Shown here: positions 27,027-32,000 of the stretch, in pieces
Layout of the letters: every line of letters begins with the position of its first letter
Numbering within the stretch: the stretch's first letter is position 1
NCBI RefSeq assembly: GCF_042660085.1
Contig: NZ_JBHSTI010000008.1
Coordinates: 480,001 to 512,000 of the forward strand
From: Longivirga aurantiaca
GTDB taxonomy: Bacteria; Actinomycetota; Actinomycetes; S36-B12; CAIYMF01
Reading direction: 5' to 3'
Length of the DNA stretch: 32,000 bases
Translations under genes and position numbers: made by a program
The notes under the pieces: generated by a model
Databases searched by the model: none
The model's input: the letters and a program-made list of their open reading frames with translations, nothing else
What the model was told of the DNA's origin: nothing

Positions 27027-27791
27027 GTGGACAGGTACACCGATCGCGTCGTCGTCATCACGGGCGGCGGCAGCGGCATCGGCAAGGCGACTGCGCAGCG
27101 CGTGGCCTCCGAGGGCGCGAAGGTCGTCGTGGTCGACATGAACCTCGACTCCGCCGGTGCTGTGGCCGAGGAGGTGGGCGGCCTCGCCGTGCAGGCCGAC
27201 GTCACCGACGCCGACGACGTCGCGCGCATGTTCCGGACCGCGCACGAGACGTACGGCTCGATCGACGTCTCGTTCCACAATGCCGGCATCTCGCCGCCCG
27301 ACGACGACTCGATCCTCGTCACCGGCATCGAGGCCTGGGACCGCGTGCAGAAGGTGAACCTGACCTCGGTCTACCTGTGCTGCAAGGAGGTCATCCCCTA
27401 CATGCAGGCACAGGGCAAGGGCTCGATCATCAACACCGCGTCGTTCGTCGCCACCATGGGTGCGGCGACCTCGCAGATCTCGTACACGGCGTCCAAGGGC
27501 GGCGTGCTCGCGATGAGCCGCGAGCTCGGCGTCCAGTTCGCCCGCGAGGGCATCCGCGTCAACGCGCTCAGCCCGGGGCCGGTCAACACCCCTCTGCTCG
27601 TCGAGCTCTTCGCCAAGGACCCCGAGCGCGCTGCGCGGCGTCTCGTGCACATCCCGTTCGGCCGGTTCGCCGAGCCGTCCGAGATCGCGGCGGCCGTCGC
27701 GTTCCTCGGCAGTGACGACTCGTCGTTCATCACCGCGAGCAACTTCCTCGTCGACGGCGGCATCTCGGGTGCCTACGTGACTCCGCTCTAG
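27027..27791 (+). CDS. SDR family oxidoreductase
   Basis: VVVITGGGSGIGKATAQRVASEGAKVVVVDMN, FHNAGI, YTASKGGVLAMSRELG. Confidence 0.95.
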   Translation: MDRYTDRVVVITGGGSGIGKATAQRVASEGAKVVVVDMNLDSAGAVAEEVGGLAVQADVTDADDVARMFRTAHETYGSIDVSFHNAGISPPDDDSILVTGIEAWDRVQKVNLTSVYLCCKEVIPYMQAQGKGSIINTASFVATMGAATSQISYTASKGGVLAMSRELGVQFAREGIRVNALSPGPVNTPLLVELFAKDPERAARRLVHIPFGRFAEPSEIAAAVAFLGSDDSSFITASNFLVDGGISGAYVTPL

Positions 27792-27890
27792 ACCGTCACG
27801 CCCGGTCAGTGACCGGCTGGGCCCCCGCTGGCGAGGAGGCGAAGCCGACGAGCCAGTGGGGGAGTGACGCCGCCGTAGGCCATCGCGACC

Positions 27891-27931
27891 GATGCGCCCC
27901 GGACTTCCTCATACGGAGCCCGGGGCGCATC
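27891..27931. terminator. strong stem-loop, terminator candidate at the end of the GS-ALDH-SDR unit
   Basis: GATGCGCCCCGG - 17 nt - CCGGGGCGCATC, perfect 12-bp stem; a smaller CCGGTCAgTGACCGG palindrome lies at 27802-27816. Confidence 0.65.
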
Positions 27932-27962
27932 CCTGTCCGGGCGGCTTCCTACAGTGGTCGTC

Positions 27963-28715
27963 ATGGCACAGATCGAGCTCGACCCGCGCTGGACGATCAC
28001 CGGGCACCTCAACGGCGGCTACCTCGCAGCCGTCTGCGGGCAGGCCGCGTCCGAGGCGCTGGACGGCGCGACGCCGCTGACGATCAGCACCCACTACCTG
28101 GCCGCCGCGCGCGGCGGCGGACCGGCCGACGTCGAGGTCGACGTGCTGCGCCGCGGTCGCCTGTCGACGGCGCGGGTGCGGCTCAGCCGCGAGGGCACGC
28201 TGCTGCTCGAGTCGCTCGTGACCGCCGGGACACCGGCTCCGGACCTGCGCTCGCTCGAGCACGCCGAGGCACCGATCGTCCCCGGATGGGACGACTGCGT
28301 CGACTCCGGTGCCTCGGAGTTCGCGGCGCAGCCGGGCATGGACGTGCTGAGGCACGTCGAGCTGCGGCTCGATCCTGCCCAGGGGCAAGCGATCGCGGGC
28401 GGTCCGGCCCTCGAGCGGGCCGTCGTCCACGGGCACATCGCCTATCGCGACGGCAGCCCCGCCGACACGTTCCTCGTCGCGGCGGCCTGGGACCTCCTGC
28501 CGCCGACCCCGTGGTTCGTCCACTTCTGGAACCAGCTGCCCACCGTCGCCGCGCAGGTCGTGCTCTACCCGGGCGAGCTCGTCGGCCCGCTGGTGCTCGA
28601 GGCGCGCTGCGAGACCATCCGCGACGGGATCGCCGACGAGACCGCACGGATCTGGGACGCCAACGGCCAGCTGGTGGCCAGCTCCCGCCAGACCGCCGTC
28701 GTCATTCCCGCCTGA
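27963..28715 (+). CDS. acyl-CoA thioesterase-like (hot-dog fold) protein
   Basis: MAQIELDPRWTITGHLNGGYLAAVCGQAASEAL...; typical thioesterase-family layout; GTG at 27954 also possible. Confidence 0.75.
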   Translation: MAQIELDPRWTITGHLNGGYLAAVCGQAASEALDGATPLTISTHYLAAARGGGPADVEVDVLRRGRLSTARVRLSREGTLLLESLVTAGTPAPDLRSLEHAEAPIVPGWDDCVDSGASEFAAQPGMDVLRHVELRLDPAQGQAIAGGPALERAVVHGHIAYRDGSPADTFLVAAAWDLLPPTPWFVHFWNQLPTVAAQVVLYPGELVGPLVLEARCETIRDGIADETARIWDANGQLVASSRQTAVVIPA

Positions 28716-28728
28716 CCCGTGCGCTCGC

Positions 28729-28778
28729 ACTGACCGAACCGTCGCTACCCGGCCTGGGAAGCGACGGAACGATCAGTC
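28729..28778. repeat. stem-loop element B
   Basis: ACTGACCGAACCGTCGCT ... AGCGACGGAACGATCAGT, arms match 15/18; between convergent genes; resembles element A at 7208-7257. Confidence 0.78.
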
Positions 28779-28792
28779 TCAGCGGGTGGGTG

Positions 28793-29503
28793 TCAGGAGG
28801 GGGTGGCGGCGCGGACGAGGGCGTCGAAGAGGCGGCTGTCGTCCATCTGCTCGGGGTGCCACTGCACGCCCAGCACGAACGGCGCGGACGGATCCTCGAG
28901 CGTCTCGATGGTGCCGTCCTCGGCGTACCCCGTGACGGTGAGCGAGCCGGCGTCGGCCACCGCCTGATGGTGGCTCGAGTTCACGACCGCCTCGGTGGCG
29001 TCGAGGATCGCGGCGACGAGCGAACCCGGCGCGAACGACGCCTTGTGCTCGCTGTAGGCGCCGAGCTGCTCTCGGTGGACGCTGCCGAACCCGGCGGACG
29101 GCAGGTCCTGGATGAGAGAGCCGCCGCTGTCGACGGCCATCATCTGCATGCCTCGGCAGATGCCGAGGACCGGCAGCGCGCGCTCCCGCGCCGACCGGTA
29201 GATCGCGCGCTCGGTGGCGTCGCGGTCGATCCGGGGGATGTCGGAGGTCTCGTGCGGCGCCGCCGCGTAGTACGCCGGGTCGATGTCGGGACCGCCGGCG
29301 ATGACCACCGCGTCGAGCCGCGCGACCGCGGCGTCGACGCTGGCTGCGTCCCACACGGGGGGAAGGACCACGACCGCTGCGCCGGAGCGCTCGAGCTTGT
29401 CGATGTACGCGCGGTGCAGGACGACCGCGGGCACGTCCCACGCCCCCCAGCGCGCCTGCTCGCCGTAGCCGCTTATCCCGATCACCGGTCGCATGGCGGA
29501 CAT
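28793..29503 (-). CDS. gamma-glutamyl-gamma-aminobutyrate hydrolase family (PuuD-like class I glutamine amidotransferase fold)
   Basis: MRPVIGISGYGEQARWG..., IAGGPDIDPAYYAA, PVLGICRGMQMMAVDSGGSLIQDL, HHQAVAD, GVQWHPEQM. Confidence 0.92.
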   Translation of the reverse strand: MSAMRPVIGISGYGEQARWGAWDVPAVVLHRAYIDKLERSGAAVVVLPPVWDAASVDAAVARLDAVVIAGGPDIDPAYYAAAPHETSDIPRIDRDATERAIYRSARERALPVLGICRGMQMMAVDSGGSLIQDLPSAGFGSVHREQLGAYSEHKASFAPGSLVAAILDATEAVVNSSHHQAVADAGSLTVTGYAEDGTIETLEDPSAPFVLGVQWHPEQMDDSRLFDALVRAATPS

Positions 29504-29600
29504 GATCCCCGATCGGTGCGTGCGCCGTCCGCAAGCGATCGGCCATGTCGCGCAGGGATCCGCGCAATCGTCGGCCGGCCTTGCCGGTCGCGGCGACGGG

Positions 29601-30236
29601 TCAGACGACGAGCCGGCCGTCGTGCAGCGCGGTCTCGCGGTCGCACGCCGCGACCACCTCGGGGTCGTGCGTGGCCACGAGGACGACCGCCCCGCGGTCG
29701 GCGGCGTCGCGCAGGAGCGCGAGGATGCGCAGCTTGGTCCCGCCGTCCTGCTGCGACGTGGGCTCGTCGGCGAGGACGACGTCGGGCTCCGTCACGAGGG
29801 CCCGTGCGACGGCGACGCGCTGGCGCTGGCCGCCGGACAGCTCCTCGACCGAGCGCTCGGCGAGGTCGCCCAGGCCGACCGACACCAGCGCCTCCAGGGC
29901 GCGTGAACGCACGTCGGCGGCGGGCACGTCGAGCGCCTGCAGCGCGACCTCGACGTTCTCGGCCGCCGTCAGCACCGACACGAGCCCGTATCCCTGCAGC
30001 ACCAGGCCGAGGCGGGCGTCGAGGCCGTCGAGCACCGGGCGGCCGTCCACGAGCGCGCGGCCGGCCGACGGGACGGCGAGGCCCGCGAGCAGTGCGAGCA
30101 GGCTCGACTTGCCGCTCCCGGACGGGCCCGTGACGGCGAGCATCTCGCCGGCCTCCGCTCTCACCGAGACGTCGTCGAGCACGACGCGCCCGGCGGGCTC
30201 GTAGCGCAGCGACTCGGCCGACACGATCCGGGTCAT
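29601..30236 (-). CDS. ABC transporter ATP-binding protein
   Basis: VTGPSGSGKSSLLALLAGL Walker A, ELSGGQRQRVAVARAL signature, VVLADEPTS Walker B; ATG at 30236. Confidence 0.93.
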   Translation of the reverse strand: MTRIVSAESLRYEPAGRVVLDDVSVRAEAGEMLAVTGPSGSGKSSLLALLAGLAVPSAGRALVDGRPVLDGLDARLGLVLQGYGLVSVLTAAENVEVALQALDVPAADVRSRALEALVSVGLGDLAERSVEELSGGQRQRVAVARALVTEPDVVLADEPTSQQDGGTKLRILALLRDAADRGAVVLVATHDPEVVAACDRETALHDGRLVV

Positions 30237-31096
30237 CGGCCCCCCTCGGTCTCGTCCTCGCGCACGAGCTCGACGCCGTCGGGCCGGCGTACGACGCGGA
30301 CCCGCGATCCTGGCGGGAGCATGCGCAGAACGTCGTCCGGGAGCTGCACCCGGCCGTCGAGGTCGACGTCGACGTGCTGCTGCCAGTGCTGCGTCTCGTC
30401 GTCGGCGCGGCCCTGGGTGATGGTGATGGTGCGGCCGAGCCGCTCGGCCACCTCGGGGTCGTGCGTCACCACGACGACCGTCGTGCCGAACTGCCGGCCC
30501 ACCGCCGCGATGAGCTCGACGACGGCGTCGCGGTTGGCCTTGTCGAGCTGCGAGGTCGGCTCGTCGACGAGCAGCAGCCCGGGCGACGTCGCCATGCCCA
30601 TCGCGACGGCGAGCCGCTGCTGCTCGCCGCCGGAGAACCCGCCGACCGCACGGCCGGCGAGGTGCGTGAGCCCGAGGGCGTGCAGGAGCACCGCGGGCGT
30701 CGGGAGCGAGGCGCGGCGGAAACCGCGAACGCCCCGCTGGGCGAACCGCACGTTGTCCTCGGCCGTGCCGTACGGCAGCAGGTTGCGCGAGGGGTCCTGC
30801 ACGACGACGCCGAGCCTGTGCGCGCGCAGCATGAGCAGCTCGCGCTCGGACATCGCCGTCATCTCGTCGCCGCCGACCCACACCTGGCCGGACGTCGGCG
30901 CGAGCAGCCCCGCGATCACCGCGAGGAGCGTGGACTTGCCGGAGCCCGACGGGCCGAGCACGGCGATCGTCTCGCCGGCGCGGACTGTGAGCGTGACGTC
31001 CTGCAGCGCGACCGTGTCGCCGGTCGGCGTGCTGTAGACGTGCCCGACGCGCTCGCAGTGCAGCGACAGGCCGGTCTCGAGCGTGGTCGTCGTCAT
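30233..31096 (-). CDS. ABC transporter ATP-binding protein with AbrB-like C-terminal extension
   Basis: VLGPSGSGKSTLLAVIAGLL, GFSGGEQQRLAVAMGMA, LLLVDEPTS; C-terminal DLDGRVQLPDDVLRMLPPGSRVRVVRRPDGVELV; ATG at 31096, 4-nt overlaps with both neighbours. Confidence 0.92.
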   Translation of the reverse strand: MTTTTLETGLSLHCERVGHVYSTPTGDTVALQDVTLTVRAGETIAVLGPSGSGKSTLLAVIAGLLAPTSGQVWVGGDEMTAMSERELLMLRAHRLGVVVQDPSRNLLPYGTAEDNVRFAQRGVRGFRRASLPTPAVLLHALGLTHLAGRAVGGFSGGEQQRLAVAMGMATSPGLLLVDEPTSQLDKANRDAVVELIAAVGRQFGTTVVVVTHDPEVAERLGRTITITQGRADDETQHWQQHVDVDLDGRVQLPDDVLRMLPPGSRVRVVRRPDGVELVREDETEGGR

Positions 31097-32000
31097 GCCG
31101 CCACCTCCCGCAGCCGCTCGGGCACAGCCTGGCGCAGCAGCGCGATGCCGCCGACGACGGCGGTCAGCAGCAGCAGTGCAGCGGTGACGACGGTGAAGAG
31201 GAGCACCGCAGCCGTCTGGATGTCGACGGTCAGCGGCAGCAGCGTGGCCGAGGACGTCTGCGGCAGCAGCGGCAGCGCGAGGCGCGCGACCACGAGGCCG
31301 ACCGGCACGCCGACGGCGAGGCCCGTGCCCAGAAGCAGCGCCTGCTCGAGCACGCACCCGCGCAGCAGGGACCGGCGAGGTACGCCGACCGCGCGCAGCG
31401 CGGCCAGCTCGTACGACCGGCGGCGCCCCGTGACCGCGACGCTGATCGCGAGCGCGCCCGCTGCGAGCAGGGATCCGACCACAGCGCAGACGAGCAGCAG
31501 CCTCAGGGCGAGCGCCGGCCCCTCGCGGTCGAGCTGGTCGAGGCGCTCGGCCTGGGTCCGGACGCCGTCGACCGTGATGCCGGCGGCGGTGAGCCGCTCG
31601 ATCGCGTCGGGCGGGGCGTCGGGCCCCAGCCACACGGCCCAGTTCGCGTCGTCGGCGAGCTGCTGCGCGGACCGCGTCAGCGCCTGCAGCCCGGTGATGG
31701 ATCCGCGGCTGCCGACGAACGGGAGGATCGTGTTCGCCCCCGCCGAGACGGCCTGCACGTCGCGGCCGTTTCCGTCGACGAACCGCAGCTCGGCGCCGGT
31801 GGGCGCGATCGTCTCGGCCGTCACGAGCGGGAGGGGGGACGGCACCTCGGCGTACTGGAGCCACGGCGACACGTAGGCGGGCAGCTCGGCGGTGTACCGC
31901 AGGCCGGAGCCGGCGAAGGCGAGCGTGCCCGTTGGATCGCCGGTGTACGCCGTGACCCGCCAGGTGCCGGGCGTGCCGAAGCCGGCGTCGAGGTCCTGCC
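31093..32000 (-). CDS. FtsX-like ABC transporter permease, 5' part beyond the window
   Basis: Transmembrane segments (ALRLLLVCAVVGSLLAAGALAISVAVTGRRRSYELAALRAVGVPRRSLLRG); the frame stays open from 31872 to the window edge. Confidence 0.85.
   Translation of the reverse strand, partial: QDLDAGFGTPGTWRVTAYTGDPTGTLAFAGSGLRYTAELPAYVSPWLQYAEVPSPLPLVTAETIAPTGAELRFVDGNGRDVQAVSAGANTILPFVGSRGSITGLQALTRSAQQLADDANWAVWLGPDAPPDAIERLTAAGITVDGVRTQAERLDQLDREGPALALRLLLVCAVVGSLLAAGALAISVAVTGRRRSYELAALRAVGVPRRSLLRGCVLEQALLLGTGLAVGVPVGLVVARLALPLLPQTSSATLLPLTVDIQTAAVLLFTVVTAALLLLTAVVGGIALLRQAVPERLREVAA

Noticed and set aside
27785-27794. GCTCTAGACC at the SDR stop codon, 9/10 match to the GGTCTAGACC operator core
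   Set aside because: It breaks the palindrome, overlaps the CTC TAG stop context and lies at the end of the transcription unit; coincidence is the simpler explanation.
29504-29600. Possible third copy of the 50-nt stem-loop (CCCGATCGGTGCG ... AAGCGATCGG)
   Set aside because: Only short GATCGG matches; arms do not pair over a useful length and the GGGAAGCGACGG core is absent.

Overview
High-GC actinobacterial chromosomal window with about 30 supportable CDSs. It opens inside an MFS transporter gene and closes inside an FtsX-like ABC permease gene. Most of it looks like ordinary core or metabolic genome. The left part holds: DMT transporter; HpcH/HpaI aldolase + acyl-CoA dehydrogenase operon; stress protein; DUF2332; NUDIX; DUF6758-like; MarC; RecB-like nuclease; PPOX/F420 protein; alpha/beta hydrolase; ParA; DEAD-box helicase; ferritin-like protein; DUF3107; TetR; alpha/beta hydrolase. 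The most coherent accessory unit is an amine / gamma-glutamyl catabolism cluster at about 17.7-29.5 kb: GcvT-type FAD dehydrogenase, HutC-type GntR regulator, APC permease, choline-kinase-like phosphotransferase, glutamine-synthetase-like ligase, ALDH, SDR, thioesterase-like protein and PuuD-like hydrolase. I saw no CRISPR array, transposase, phage gene, rRNA, tRNA or recognisable defence system. The more interesting signals are non-coding: (1) two GGTCTAGACC palindromes matching the HutC/DasR-type operator pattern, placed at the two promoter regions of the amine cluster; (2) a 24/25-nt direct repeat, each copy containing GCAGTTGAACTGC, spaced exactly 40 bp upstream of the ALDH gene; (3) a 29-bp imperfect, AT-richer hairpin immediately after the parA stop codon, followed by a strong bidirectional terminator; (4) two homologous ~50-nt stem-loops (7208-7257 and 28729-28778) 21.5 kb apart that look like a dispersed repeat or terminator family; (5) a nested palindrome at the tetR start. 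All inspection was by eye, and no database search was run.
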